IMG/VR virus record: IMGVR_UViG_3300021400_000369
Location: 1-64,000 of that record
Direction: 5' to 3' (one strand)
From: a virus
Taxonomy: Duplodnaviria; Caudoviricetes
Length of the DNA: 64,000 nucleotides
Program-made: the position numbers and the translations under genes
The notes under the pieces: generated by a model
What the model was told of the DNA's origin: nothing
The model's database searches: none
What the model saw: the letters and a program-made list of their open reading frames with translations, nothing else
Part shown: positions 26,731-37,050 of the stretch, in pieces
Layout: every line of letters begins with the position of its first letter
Numbering within the stretch: the first letter of the stretch is position 1

Positions 26731-28203
26731 ATGTTAGATGAATTAAAAAAAGAATTGAATACATCAGTAACCGAGAACGGGGCACGAGGCCACGCGTCTT
26801 CCGGGTCTTTGATAGTGGATTTCAACTTCATGGCTTCTTCGATGAGGGCCTGGGGCGCTGATGAGATCAGGGATTATTTCCTTGAGGTGTATCATGATGA
26901 TCCATTGTTGGCGCTCCGGTGGCTTTTTTATGCCCGTGACATCAGGATGGGCATGGGGGAACGCAGGCTTTTCCGCGAATGCTACAGGGCTTTGCCGGTC
27001 CCGGCGGCCGTGGCGAACTTGGCGAATATTCCTTTTTATGGCAGGTGGGATGACCTGGTTTCCTTGTTTGGCGTGATGGGTTCTGCCGTTGATGAGGCTG
27101 TGGTGCGGATTGTTTCCGCTCAGCTTGACTTGGACCTGCTCAGCATGGAACGCGGCGGTCCTGTTTCCTTGCTGGCGAAGTGGATGCCGAGCGAGAACGC
27201 TTCCTCCATTGAATCAAGACGCCTGGCCAGGAAACTGGCTAAGGCTCTGGACCTGTCATTCAAGGAGTACCGCAGGACCCTGTCATCCTTGAGGGGTTAT
27301 ATTGATGTTGTGGAATCAAGGATGTGCAATGGCGACTGGTCCGGGATCGATTATGAGAAAGTGCCTTCAATGGCCAATCTCAGGTATGGCGATGCCTTCA
27401 TGCGCCACGATCCTGCCCGAAGAGCCCAGTACCTTAGCGAGGTTTCCAATGGAAAGGCGGACTTCAACATGTCCGTGGCTTCCCCGGTGGATGTGGTTCA
27501 CAGGTATGTCGGCCGTCACAGAAGTCCTGATGAGCGGGATGATGTTCTTGAACTGGCTTGGAAGAACCTGTCCGATGTGTTCGTGGATGATGTCCTGGTT
27601 GTCGCGGACGGCAGCGGAAGCATGACATGGGCTCTCTCCGGGGTCTTGCCTTTGACTGTCGCGAACAGTCTCGCCTTATACACGGCGGAGCATAATAGTG
27701 GTGAGTTCAGGAATCATTTCATCACATTCAGCTCCCACCCCCGACTCATTAAAATCCCCGAAGACGCCACCCTCTATGAGAAATTGAGGATCATGTCCAG
27801 GTACATGGAATGTTCATCCACCAACATCGAGGCCGTGTTCAACCTCATCCTTGATGCCGCCGTCAATAATGAGATGACTCAGGATGACATGCCCGGATCC
27901 GTTTTGGTCATCTCCGACATGGAGTTCAACCAGGCGGTCTCAGGCGGCCCTGACAAGACACTCTTCGATGAGATTAAAGCCAAGTATGAGCATCATGGGT
28001 TTGTGATGCCCCGCCTGGTCTTCTGGAATGTCAGCAGCCGAACCGGGACAATCCCCGTCCGAACCAACAGCATGGGTGTCGCATTGGTCAGCGGATACTC
28101 CCAGAACACTCTCAAGATGGTCATGAGCGACAAGCTCGACCCGTATGATGTTCTTGTTGAGACATTGATGAGTCCTCGTTATGACCGGGTTGTTCCCGGA
28201 TAA
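26731..28203 (+). CDS. DUF2828-family Ro60/TROVE-like protein with C-terminal VWA domain
   Basis: TENGA, RDIRMGMGER, YGRWDDL, LAKWMPSE, VVADGSGSM (MIDAS), ISDMEF, VFWNV; start corrected to the ATG at 26731 after GGAGG; GC-rich relative to its flanks. Confidence 0.85.
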   Translation: MLDELKKELNTSVTENGARGHASSGSLIVDFNFMASSMRAWGADEIRDYFLEVYHDDPLLALRWLFYARDIRMGMGERRLFRECYRALPVPAAVANLANIPFYGRWDDLVSLFGVMGSAVDEAVVRIVSAQLDLDLLSMERGGPVSLLAKWMPSENASSIESRRLARKLAKALDLSFKEYRRTLSSLRGYIDVVESRMCNGDWSGIDYEKVPSMANLRYGDAFMRHDPARRAQYLSEVSNGKADFNMSVASPVDVVHRYVGRHRSPDERDDVLELAWKNLSDVFVDDVLVVADGSGSMTWALSGVLPLTVANSLALYTAEHNSGEFRNHFITFSSHPRLIKIPEDATLYEKLRIMSRYMECSSTNIEAVFNLILDAAVNNEMTQDDMPGSVLVISDMEFNQAVSGGPDKTLFDEIKAKYEHHGFVMPRLVFWNVSSRTGTIPVRTNSMGVALVSGYSQNTLKMVMSDKLDPYDVLVETLMSPRYDRVVPG

Positions 28204-28244
28204 TCATTTTTATCATATTACTACCTTTTTTTGTTTTTTTGTGG

Positions 28245-28280
28245 AAAAAAAAAGGCGGAAGCCACAAGTGGCCTCCGCCT
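28245..28280 (-). terminator. Hairpin + U-tract terminator between convergent genes
   Basis: Minus strand AGGCGGAGGCCAC-TT-GTGGCTTCCGCCT followed by a T run; T-tracts for the plus strand at 28226-28240. Confidence 0.65.
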
Positions 28281-28318
28281 AGGATTTCCATCTCTTCTTT
28301 TTTTTACTGTTTTTACTA

Positions 28319-29311
28319 TTAATCACCTAATGGTGGCTTGCCGATCACGTATCGAAGTCCATTCATTGAATGATAATCAAAGCTCCTGTGACCCCCTGTT
28401 AATGGGTTCTTGGTGAGTCTTTGACCGTCAAGATTATATTTATATAGTTTTATATTGCTTCTTTGAACATTATACGCCTTGGGGAAAGTGTTCCTGCTGT
28501 TGCCCAGGTACCATGAGGACCCGCAGAGCCTGAACCAGTTATAATTCTTCGGGGTCTGGCTGACCTCGAAACAGAACACGTCCGCCCTGCCGATCATCAA
28601 GACAGCCTCCCTCATCTGCTTGAAGTTCCAGCACACATAATATGTTCCTGATTCCCTCTTCGCCCTGCCGAGGAACTTCTTCCTTAAGCTGAAAGGCTCG
28701 TCAACAAGCCAGAAGTCATTGATTCTCACGCAATCCACAACCTCACCATTGATTGTAATAAAGTCTCCATCACCGAAGGCGTCGACATCAATCCTCTCCA
28801 CCATGGGTTCGCCCAGGGCTTCTGTCACCACCAATGGAAAGCTAAGGCTTCTGCACATGAGGCTGGTCTTCGGAGCTGGGATCACAACTTCCCTGTCCGG
28901 GACGATCTTGCAGAACCTGCCCGTCTTGTTCCTCCTGAACTGTTTCTGAATGCATTGCCTGAGAATGGCTTCAAGGTCATGCTGATACTCGTAGACCTTG
29001 ATGAAATCCATCGGGTTGAACATGAAGAACTTGTTCAGCTCCAGCACCTTGTCCACGAAATCCTGTCCCTGAACAACCTTTGACTCCTTGAATGGGATAT
29101 CCTTGCACGGGGTCTCATCCCATCTCACAAAGAGATAATTGCAGAACCACAGCTTCCAGCCATCCACGTCAAGGCTCGGCGCCAGAGTGTTTCTTTTTCC
29201 ATATGTCCTTTCCCAGAACCTGTGAACGGATTCCTCTTCCTGCATGAACTTGTTCTCTTTCTTTAGTCCGTAATTTCGTTTACTTACCATCTCATTATCC
29301 GCGTCCACCAT
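28319..29311 (-). CDS. Hypothetical protein, possibly a degenerate ATP-dependent DNA ligase-like fold
   Basis: VVDCVRINDFWLVDEPFSLRKKFL and KNYNWFRL resemble ligase motifs IIIa and V; no KxDG motif. Confidence 0.5.
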   Translation of the reverse strand: MVDADNEMVSKRNYGLKKENKFMQEEESVHRFWERTYGKRNTLAPSLDVDGWKLWFCNYLFVRWDETPCKDIPFKESKVVQGQDFVDKVLELNKFFMFNPMDFIKVYEYQHDLEAILRQCIQKQFRRNKTGRFCKIVPDREVVIPAPKTSLMCRSLSFPLVVTEALGEPMVERIDVDAFGDGDFITINGEVVDCVRINDFWLVDEPFSLRKKFLGRAKRESGTYYVCWNFKQMREAVLMIGRADVFCFEVSQTPKNYNWFRLCGSSWYLGNSRNTFPKAYNVQRSNIKLYKYNLDGQRLTKNPLTGGHRSFDYHSMNGLRYVIGKPPLGD

Positions 29312-29454
29312 TATAACAGCATCTCCATCATTGTTATCGCGACCTTTAAGTCGTCATCTGTCTTGTCGCACCGGGTCAGAGCCTTCGCTATGTTCTTCAC
29401 GGCTTTTTCCCTGTTTCCTACTTTTTTCATCTTCAATACATACTTGAGATTCAT
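29311..29454 (-). CDS. Small hypothetical protein (47 aa)
   Basis: ATGA overlap with the GIY-YIG gene and TAATG overlap with the next gene. Confidence 0.5.
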   Translation of the reverse strand: MNLKYVLKMKKVGNREKAVKNIAKALTRCDKTDDDLKVAITMMEMLL

Positions 29455-29891
29455 TTCAAGCTTATCCTTTTCATCCATTTGTTCACCTCGTCATCAGGTA
29501 TGTCATCGGTTATAACCTGTTCGTTTTCAGAATAATCATAATCAGGAGCCTCTTCTCTTTTTTTCAAGTAATCGGAATTATCATTATGTCCCGGACTGAC
29601 ATTATATCCTATTTCACTATTATTACTCCCATACATGTCAATATAATGTTCTTCAACAAGATCCAAAGCTTCGTCTGGAACATCATCCGCGATCGTAGCC
29701 ACTTTGAACGCGTCCTTCCCGTATTTTCTGATTCCTCTTGACAGGCAGTTGTTGTAAGCTCTCTTATTTTCATTATAAGCATCAAGCAAATGTTGTTTGA
29801 ATCTTGTATCCACATCCTGAACTGTTTGTCCGATGTATATTTTACCATTGATGATGTTCATCATCATGTATATTTTTCCACGGTTTTTCAT
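29451..29891 (-). CDS. GIY-YIG endonuclease (free-standing homing-endonuclease type)
   Basis: GKIYMMMNIINGKIYIGQT...RFKQH...E...GYN. Confidence 0.85.
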   Translation of the reverse strand: MKNRGKIYMMMNIINGKIYIGQTVQDVDTRFKQHLLDAYNENKRAYNNCLSRGIRKYGKDAFKVATIADDVPDEALDLVEEHYIDMYGSNNSEIGYNVSPGHNDNSDYLKKREEAPDYDYSENEQVITDDIPDDEVNKWMKRISLK

Positions 29892-29998
29892 AATTAATAT
29901 TTATATTGTTTAAATATTTATAATTAATGATTAATAGGAAGTTTTATATAACAAAAGAAACGATTATTAATTGTTTAAAACTTGCGAAAAGGATAATT

Positions 29999-31549
29999 AT
30001 GAGAAATCAACCAGAATCAGGTAAAATTAAGCAGATACTTAAGAAATCAAAGGAGTATCCTAGTTTTTTTGCTAAAAGTTTTCTGATAGGCAAAGATGGA
30101 AGACCACTTAATCTTGAGCCACAACAGAGATATTTCGTAGATGATAAGACACCATTCAGAGTGTTTTTTGCATCAAGAAGAAGCGGGAAGAGTGTGGCAT
30201 TAAGTGTTGATATTCTGCATAAATTATTTTTCAATACAGACTTCAATATCATCGTATTAGCACCATCTCTTAAACAGTCAAAAGAGTTTGCAAATGTATT
30301 CGGAGATTTGATAGACAGGTCTCCAATGATAAGATCATCAGTAACAGTTGACAACAAGATGGAGAAGAAACTCGCGAACAGATCAAGAGTCAGCTTCTTC
30401 ACCGCTGGCGGCTCATCAGGAAAAAAAGAAGACTCATCAGTAGTAGGATCTTCACCTGATGTCCTTTATGCGGACGAATTACAATCCATTGGAGATGAAA
30501 CTCTTGGAACAATTCTGCCGGCAGCTGTTGGACAAAGAAAACAGATGCAGATAATATATGCGGGAACTCCAAGACAAAGATCAGGAACATTCTATGAAGC
30601 TGTGTCAAATGCCAAATATATTACAGAATGGTATAATGATAAATTTATGCAGGTTCAAAATCCATCAGGCAGATTCTCTCTTCATCAGTTCAAAATCACC
30701 GAAACAGATGAAGACGGCAATGTATTATTATCAAGAAGCCCCAGGGTATCCATTGAAGACTTGGAAACAATTAAGGAATCAATAGGTCTTCAGAAATTCC
30801 AAAGGGAATTCGAGCTTGAATTCCTTGATGCAAGCACAATAGTATATTATCAGGGCCTTATTGAGAAACAGGGCATACTCGACCCTCCAAAAACATTCTT
30901 CAGCCGACAAATAGCTGTTGGAGGCATAGATATAGGAAAACAGAGAAACAATACGGTCTTGACAATAGCTCTTATGGAAAAACCCGACCTATGGAATATC
31001 CAACACTACAAAAGCTGGGAATTAGGAACAAGATACAAGGATATACTTCATTATTTGAAAAATGTTCTACCTACAAAATTTCCAAACTTTAAATATCTCA
31101 GCATTGACAAGACAGGGGTAGGAAATGCGATTTATGAGGATATGGAGGGTTTCAAGAAATACGTGGTCGATGGAGTCATATTCTCACAGCCGTCAAAAAT
31201 CACATTAGCCGAGGGTGCCGTGGCTAACTTGGAAAGCGGGCTGCTGCGTTTCTACCCACATAAGGTTCTTTTAAGAGAAATGGATGGATACAACAGAACC
31301 GAGACAGAACAAGGAAGAATTGTTTATGAAAAAGGAATATCTGATGATTTCATAGATAGTTTTAATCTTTGCAACTATTCAATAAACCAAGTGCTTAATC
31401 AAAGAATGCTGTTCGGAACAAATAAGAATGTTGTATCATCACTCGGCAGAAAAACATTTGGAAGCAACCGGACCCAGACAAGGGATACCCCATACACAAT
31501 GAAAAACTCAAGACAGAATAGAGGCCGATATTCATGGCAAAGAAAGTAG
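29999..31549 (+). CDS. terL: Terminase large subunit
   Basis: Walker A ASRRSGKS, Walker B LYADE, coupling motif AGTP, RNase H-like GGIDIG, DKTGVG and SDDFIDS; start at 29999 (or 29927). Confidence 0.92.
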   Translation: MRNQPESGKIKQILKKSKEYPSFFAKSFLIGKDGRPLNLEPQQRYFVDDKTPFRVFFASRRSGKSVALSVDILHKLFFNTDFNIIVLAPSLKQSKEFANVFGDLIDRSPMIRSSVTVDNKMEKKLANRSRVSFFTAGGSSGKKEDSSVVGSSPDVLYADELQSIGDETLGTILPAAVGQRKQMQIIYAGTPRQRSGTFYEAVSNAKYITEWYNDKFMQVQNPSGRFSLHQFKITETDEDGNVLLSRSPRVSIEDLETIKESIGLQKFQREFELEFLDASTIVYYQGLIEKQGILDPPKTFFSRQIAVGGIDIGKQRNNTVLTIALMEKPDLWNIQHYKSWELGTRYKDILHYLKNVLPTKFPNFKYLSIDKTGVGNAIYEDMEGFKKYVVDGVIFSQPSKITLAEGAVANLESGLLRFYPHKVLLREMDGYNRTETEQGRIVYEKGISDDFIDSFNLCNYSINQVLNQRMLFGTNKNVVSSLGRKTFGSNRTQTRDTPYTMKNSRQNRGRYSWQRK

Positions 31550-32799
31550 AAAATATAAAAAAAGTATACACGAGAGGATTCAGGGTATACGACAAATACG
31601 CTCATTATAGTGATTTAACTTATCAAATCCTTGATGGATTATACGAAAGAACAATAATGAATAAGATTATCAGAAAATATGTATCATCTATTGTGCCACC
31701 ATTTTATAATATAAGAGTCGAAGATGAAGATGGAGATCGAATAATTGAAATCGAGAAGGTTTTGAAGAATCTCGACAGGCTTATAGATAGAACATTGCTG
31801 ACTGAAATAATGAAATATTATTTTCTTTATGGTACAACCATAGTTTACAAAGGCAACATTGAAGAGGAAATCTTCCTGATAGATATGAGACTGCTGAGTC
31901 CGAAGATAAGCACAGACCATGAGCATCTTGGGGAGCTTCTTGGATTTGATTACACATATAAGGGAGAAATTGTGTTTCTGCCATTGGAAGATTTGGCGAT
32001 CTTGGCGAATGATCCCCCAATGGGTGAGATATTTGGAAATTCAATAATGAACCACACCCTTGACACCATACATCAGTACTTGAATGATAACCTGGCTCTT
32101 GCTCAAATTCTTGATCAATATTCAGACCCAATCCTTTTATGGCTGGTTGATGTGTCAGAGCTTCAGATGACAGATGAGGACGCGTTCATTGAGAAGATCA
32201 AGAACGAATTATGGAAACAATTGGATGTCGGAGACGATATCGTAACTGACGCAAGAGTTACTCCAACACTTGTCGAGTTTTCCGAAACAGCAGCTCATCT
32301 TGTTGACATACTCAAGGAGGCAAGAACCGATCTCGGAATGCTTACAATTCCACAAGCTCTTCTTGGTGGTCCGGCTGATAACCTAAGCGCGATCAAGGTT
32401 CAGGTTGGAATCTATTATGAAGAGATAAACGGATATAAGGCCATACTCAACGATTTCATAGTTAGAGAAATATACATACCATATCTTGAAAGAAACGGAT
32501 ACATTCAGGGAGAAGATTTTCATAATATTTACCTTAATTTCGGAGTAGCCTCAGCGGAGCTTCAATCAGATTCAATCTTATGGTTGAAAACCGCATTTGA
32601 ACTTGGAGCTATAACATTAAGCGAAGTCAGAGCGACACTCGGATTCAGAGGACAAGCCCCGGGAGTCACAGAGGAGCTGGAAAATTATTACATAGCCCAG
32701 ACATTGAAAATAGACACAGGAGACAACTCAAATGACCCATACAACAAAACAACCCCAAAAAACAAAGACGGACGAGATCCGGACGGAACAAAAGGATGA
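31534..32799 (+). CDS. Portal protein
   Basis: 421 aa directly after terL; YFLYGT, IFGNSI and C-terminal GAITLSEVRATLGF are typical of portals. Confidence 0.8.
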   Translation: MAKKVENIKKVYTRGFRVYDKYAHYSDLTYQILDGLYERTIMNKIIRKYVSSIVPPFYNIRVEDEDGDRIIEIEKVLKNLDRLIDRTLLTEIMKYYFLYGTTIVYKGNIEEEIFLIDMRLLSPKISTDHEHLGELLGFDYTYKGEIVFLPLEDLAILANDPPMGEIFGNSIMNHTLDTIHQYLNDNLALAQILDQYSDPILLWLVDVSELQMTDEDAFIEKIKNELWKQLDVGDDIVTDARVTPTLVEFSETAAHLVDILKEARTDLGMLTIPQALLGGPADNLSAIKVQVGIYYEEINGYKAILNDFIVREIYIPYLERNGYIQGEDFHNIYLNFGVASAELQSDSILWLKTAFELGAITLSEVRATLGFRGQAPGVTEELENYYIAQTLKIDTGDNSNDPYNKTTPKNKDGRDPDGTKG

Positions 32800-32878
32800 A
32801 TGCGATTGCAAATGCAAGGAATGTAAAATAAGAAAAATGAAAATGGGATTCAAAAAGAGATTTTCAGGAATAATTTAA

Positions 32879-33547
32879 ATGTATACATTATATTCAATCA
32901 CAAATAAGGATGGCAGAATATATTATGGCAGAACGCGAGATTTTCATAACCAGCTCTCGCTCCATGATGAATTTTTAAAAAAAAATATACATTTCAACAA
33001 GCTTCTTCAATGTGTTTATAATGATTATAAATATGATCCTGTTTTTGAAATCATAACCGAATCTGATGATCCAAAGGAAATCACTCTGGAATGCATTAAT
33101 CTCATCAATGAAGATAAGACATACATGGCCGCTAATGGGTATAATCTTTTTACGGATGGATCCGGATTGAAGTCAAGGTTTTTCAATCCGCTTCTTTATA
33201 ATGAAGACATATTCTTTCACTATTTAAAAAATGGAAAAACCTCCACTTTAAAAGAGTTTGATATATCTAATAATGTTTTAAATTATAAATTAAAAACATA
33301 TGGTTTATTAAATCAAAAGAAGCCTCTATTATCTTCATACGAAGAGGTTTACTCTTATGCACAATACGTCTTATTTTTAAATAAAGGATGGCTGAGTTCG
33401 GCGCAGATATTTGACCGATTGAATAATCATTATCAGATATCAAAACGTTTGAGGATCACTCCACACAAAATCGCGAAATCATTTACGGGGTATAAGAATA
33501 TAATAAAGCAAAAACACTCCGGTTTTATGAAATACAAGATGATATAA
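32879..33547 (+). CDS. GIY-YIG-like protein with C-terminal HTH-like region
   Basis: YTLYSITN..GRIYYGRT...H...N.HFNKLLQ...GYN; the catalytic Arg appears altered. Confidence 0.55.
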   Translation: MYTLYSITNKDGRIYYGRTRDFHNQLSLHDEFLKKNIHFNKLLQCVYNDYKYDPVFEIITESDDPKEITLECINLINEDKTYMAANGYNLFTDGSGLKSRFFNPLLYNEDIFFHYLKNGKTSTLKEFDISNNVLNYKLKTYGLLNQKKPLLSSYEEVYSYAQYVLFLNKGWLSSAQIFDRLNNHYQISKRLRITPHKIAKSFTGYKNIIKQKHSGFMKYKMI

Positions 33548-33618
33548 CTAATATTTATATAAAAGCCAAAATTAAAGAATAATTATAATAAAAATTTTAT
33601 TTTTATGAGGTTGACTGT

Positions 33619-34710
33619 ATGACAGAAAAAATAACCTTGAATGAAAACAATTTATCCTATTCTGTCAATGATAAAGGAGACAGGATGATTCGTGGTTTCG
33701 CTATTCATCCGGGACAATATCATGAATATATTAGGATTAATGATGATGAAATAACTAATGCAACAAACTCACTTAAAGGAGCTATTCTTTTAAAAGATCA
33801 TAATAATTCTGTCGATTCAGCAGTTGGCAGGGTTCATTACACAGAAACCAAGATGGATCCGGAGATCAACAAGTACGGCACTTATTATGAAGCAAGCATT
33901 GATGCAGAGGAAACCGATCTCATCAGGAAAATTGACAAAGGAATCGTGAACTCCACATCAATTGGTTTCAGTTACGAACCTATATGTGGAATTTGTGGTG
34001 AAAGCGTCAAAGAATGTTCCCATTGGGTATGGGATGACGGTTTCTTTATAGACGCTCAGAATGTTAAAGTGCATGAGTTATCTATTGTATCTATTCCTGC
34101 TGATTCAAACGCCACAGTAACTGGTTTTTCAGAGGAATTATTTAGTGATGATTTAGTTAAATCAATCGAATTTAAGAAGGAGAATAAAAATATGACTAAT
34201 TTGGAAGAAAAATACGCTGCGTTATCCGAAAAATTAGCGGATGCTACCGAAGCTCACAAAGCAGAACTTCAATCTGTCAAAGATTCATATGAGACTCAAT
34301 TAAGTGAGTTAAAAGAAGAGCATGATGCTAAGTTTTCTGATAAAGTAGAAGAAATGCTTAAAGTTAAAAACGACTTGAAAGAACTTCAAGAGAAGTATGA
34401 TGAATTATCCTCTTCTTATGATGAATTACAATCTAAAATGAGCGAAATTAAGGAAGCTGAATTATCCGAGCTCAGAGACAAGGTAACCGAATTATCCGAA
34501 CAGGTCGGTGCCGGATTATCCGAAGAGGAAATTAAAGAATTTAGCGAAGCTACTTTAAACAGATATTTAGAAATCTTTGGTAATATCGCAAAACAAAACC
34601 AACCAGCAAATATCAAGAATGTTAAAGAAGCTCACGCACATTATGAAGATAATAAAGAGTTTGAAGAAGCTAGTCCTCTTGAAAAACTCTCTATGAGACT
34701 TAACAAATAA
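33619..34710 (+). CDS. HK97-type prohead protease fused to a coiled-coil scaffold
   Basis: LLKDHN, STSIGF, CGICG..CSH, ELSIVSIPAD; acidic coiled-coil C-terminal half. Confidence 0.85.
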   Translation: MTEKITLNENNLSYSVNDKGDRMIRGFAIHPGQYHEYIRINDDEITNATNSLKGAILLKDHNNSVDSAVGRVHYTETKMDPEINKYGTYYEASIDAEETDLIRKIDKGIVNSTSIGFSYEPICGICGESVKECSHWVWDDGFFIDAQNVKVHELSIVSIPADSNATVTGFSEELFSDDLVKSIEFKKENKNMTNLEEKYAALSEKLADATEAHKAELQSVKDSYETQLSELKEEHDAKFSDKVEEMLKVKNDLKELQEKYDELSSSYDELQSKMSEIKEAELSELRDKVTELSEQVGAGLSEEEIKEFSEATLNRYLEIFGNIAKQNQPANIKNVKEAHAHYEDNKEFEEASPLEKLSMRLNK

Positions 34711-34722
34711 GGAGAGAAGAAT

Positions 34723-35217
34723 ATGATAGAAAGTTCAGGACAAATTCTTACCGCAAGAGCAGCAACTGACCTTGCGGCAGTAATCGAAGTAAACGCGGGA
34801 GCAGACGGCTTCCACAGAACAAAATATAAGGGATTAATGTTAGCTGATACTTTTCCTGAAGAAGACTCAAGAACCAAAGGTACTTGGGCAGTTATCAGCC
34901 AAACCGGTAATGAAGCTAAATTCCTTGGAGTAGTTGGAGACGACACCTCACCACACGCAAACATTAAACTGGACTCAGGCAGTCCTGTTCTCGAATGGTA
35001 TCAATCCCACAACTTCAAACAAGGAGATGTTATGACCGTGGAAAGAAACGGAATCATTCCTGTAATCGCAGAAGGCGCTATCAAAGAGGGAGATCTCATC
35101 TGCCTCGGAGATGACGGAACTTTCAAGAAAACCACGAACATCGCCAATGCTGTAGGACGTTCTTACGAAAACGCCCAAGATGGAGAAGTCTTTAGAGCAT
35201 TCATTAAAGCATTATAA
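34723..35217 (+). CDS. Head decoration/cement protein (putative)
   Basis: Lies between protease and MCP; AEGAIKEGD...AVGR..E.A.DGE pattern. Confidence 0.6.
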   Translation: MIESSGQILTARAATDLAAVIEVNAGADGFHRTKYKGLMLADTFPEEDSRTKGTWAVISQTGNEAKFLGVVGDDTSPHANIKLDSGSPVLEWYQSHNFKQGDVMTVERNGIIPVIAEGAIKEGDLICLGDDGTFKKTTNIANAVGRSYENAQDGEVFRAFIKAL

Positions 35218-35231
35218 GGAGAGAGTTAAAG

Positions 35232-36122
35232 ATGAAAGATTTAGAACACTTCACTCACAGTCCGCAAACATCAGGCGGAAGATACAGAAACAACACCACA
35301 GTTGCTCCGGAAATCATCAAATACTTAGAAGATGAATCCGATTTAAGACAATTCTTCGTCTCTAAACCAATGAGAGGAGTATTATCCAAATCCTATAGAA
35401 TCCAAAAAGATGAAGGTGTAGCTGTACAAATCGCAGGTAATGCAGAGGTTCCTCGTGCAGAGGACGTAGAAAAAATGTTCACCGTATTCCTGCACAGAAA
35501 CGCAACCGGTTACAAGATCGATGATGACGATAGGAAAATCAACGCTGACGACCCAGGCTACGAATCCAGAAAAATGACCAGAGCAATGGAAAGGATGCTC
35601 AAAAAAGAAAGACTCGACATGGTTCAAGTCTTCAAAGCAGCTCCTCAGAACTCCATGAGCTACACTGGTTCCTTAACCGTAGACACCATCAGAGCAGCAA
35701 CCAAGACAATGATACTCACCACCACCGGATACGGTACTGATGACATTCAACCAAGCATGATTTTCATGTCCTATTCCTCATTCGTTGACTTGCAAAACGA
35801 CCCTAACTTCAAATATGTTCCAGAAATATTTGAAAGAATCCTGTTAGAAGGCAAAATTAGTCCTTCCTCAACCAGAAGCCCACTCAACGGCCCAACAGGA
35901 CAAACCATCAACGGATTACCAATCTTCCTCGTTAACGAGTTAGAAGATGACATTATTTTAATGGACACCACTAAGGAAGCTCTCTGGTTAAATGAAGACC
36001 AAGAACCTACTATTACCGCTTACAGGGATTACGAACACATTTCTGACATCGTAGATATCAGACACGATGAACAGCCTGTATGTGTACGTCCAGAATGTCT
36101 TTACAAGATTACTAAAAACTAA
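35232..36122 (+). CDS. Major capsid protein (HK97 fold)
   Basis: 296 aa, position, QTINGLPIF and VCVRPECLYKI termini, highly expressed codon style. Confidence 0.75.
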   Translation: MKDLEHFTHSPQTSGGRYRNNTTVAPEIIKYLEDESDLRQFFVSKPMRGVLSKSYRIQKDEGVAVQIAGNAEVPRAEDVEKMFTVFLHRNATGYKIDDDDRKINADDPGYESRKMTRAMERMLKKERLDMVQVFKAAPQNSMSYTGSLTVDTIRAATKTMILTTTGYGTDDIQPSMIFMSYSSFVDLQNDPNFKYVPEIFERILLEGKISPSSTRSPLNGPTGQTINGLPIFLVNELEDDIILMDTTKEALWLNEDQEPTITAYRDYEHISDIVDIRHDEQPVCVRPECLYKITKN

Positions 36123-36173
36123 TCCCTAAGGATATATAATTTTTTACTTTCTAAGATGATGAGGTGAGAAAAA

Positions 36174-36620
36174 ATGGCACGTAAAGCAACAAGTAAAAAA
36201 ACAACAACCACTAAAAAGACAACATCCAAAAAGAAATCAGAAAACATAAAATTAACCTTCAGACCATTATGGTCTGCAAGCAGAACCTATACGGCTTTCT
36301 TGACAAAGAAGACCGTCAAGGTTGAACATGGAACAGAGGTTGTTGTTAATGTACCAATGATTGAAGGATTACCGACATTGTTGACGGTTCATGCGGGGGA
36401 GATACTGGAAGTGACTCCTGAACAATTCAACGAGCTTGACGCCCTTGGTTTCATAGAATCACAGGAACAGGTTCAGAGGAGACAGGAACTTGAAAGGAAT
36501 CTTCCGAAACAACATCCTGAACGCATGACATATGACATGTTAGATAACAATATTGATAATAATATAAGACCGAGACAGGTCTCATCATTATATAATGATA
36601 AATTAATAGTAGTTGATTAA
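36174..36620 (+). CDS. Hypothetical virion-module protein with basic N-terminal tail
   Basis: MARKATSKKTTTTKK..., RBS GAGGTGA. Confidence 0.7.
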   Translation: MARKATSKKTTTTKKTTSKKKSENIKLTFRPLWSASRTYTAFLTKKTVKVEHGTEVVVNVPMIEGLPTLLTVHAGEILEVTPEQFNELDALGFIESQEQVQRRQELERNLPKQHPERMTYDMLDNNIDNNIRPRQVSSLYNDKLIVVD

Positions 36621-36621
36621 G

Positions 36622-37050
36622 ATGTTTACAGTAGATGACATTCGAGGATTGTTGAGGCTGTCTGTGGAGGAATGCTCAGATGATGAGCTTGAAAGATACA
36701 TAAACCTGTTCACTCTTCAGATCGCCGCGAAAATAGGGAAAGACCCGAACGATGAGGAACTGCTTAATTCACCATTGTTCGATGAAGCCTTGTTAAGCAA
36801 GATTGCGTGTCATCTCATTCAACTTGACCCCAAGATTTTCTCAGGGCTTACCGCTTATAAAGTCGGTGATACAAGCGAGGAATTTGATGATATTAACGAT
36901 ATTGAAAAAAGAGGAGTCCCAAGTTGGTGCAGTAGATACGATAATGCTTTAGAGAATTTAACAAATAGTTTTGCTGATGTTAATAATGTCCTTGTATTTA
37001 GAAGACGTGGTTTATCAGCACATCCAGGTTGGAAGCATCATGTCTTTTAA
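36622..37050 (+). CDS. Head-tail adaptor (putative)
   Basis: MFTVDDIRGLL...AYKVGDTSEEF; position after the capsid genes. Confidence 0.6.
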   Translation: MFTVDDIRGLLRLSVEECSDDELERYINLFTLQIAAKIGKDPNDEELLNSPLFDEALLSKIACHLIQLDPKIFSGLTAYKVGDTSEEFDDINDIEKRGVPSWCSRYDNALENLTNSFADVNNVLVFRRRGLSAHPGWKHHVF

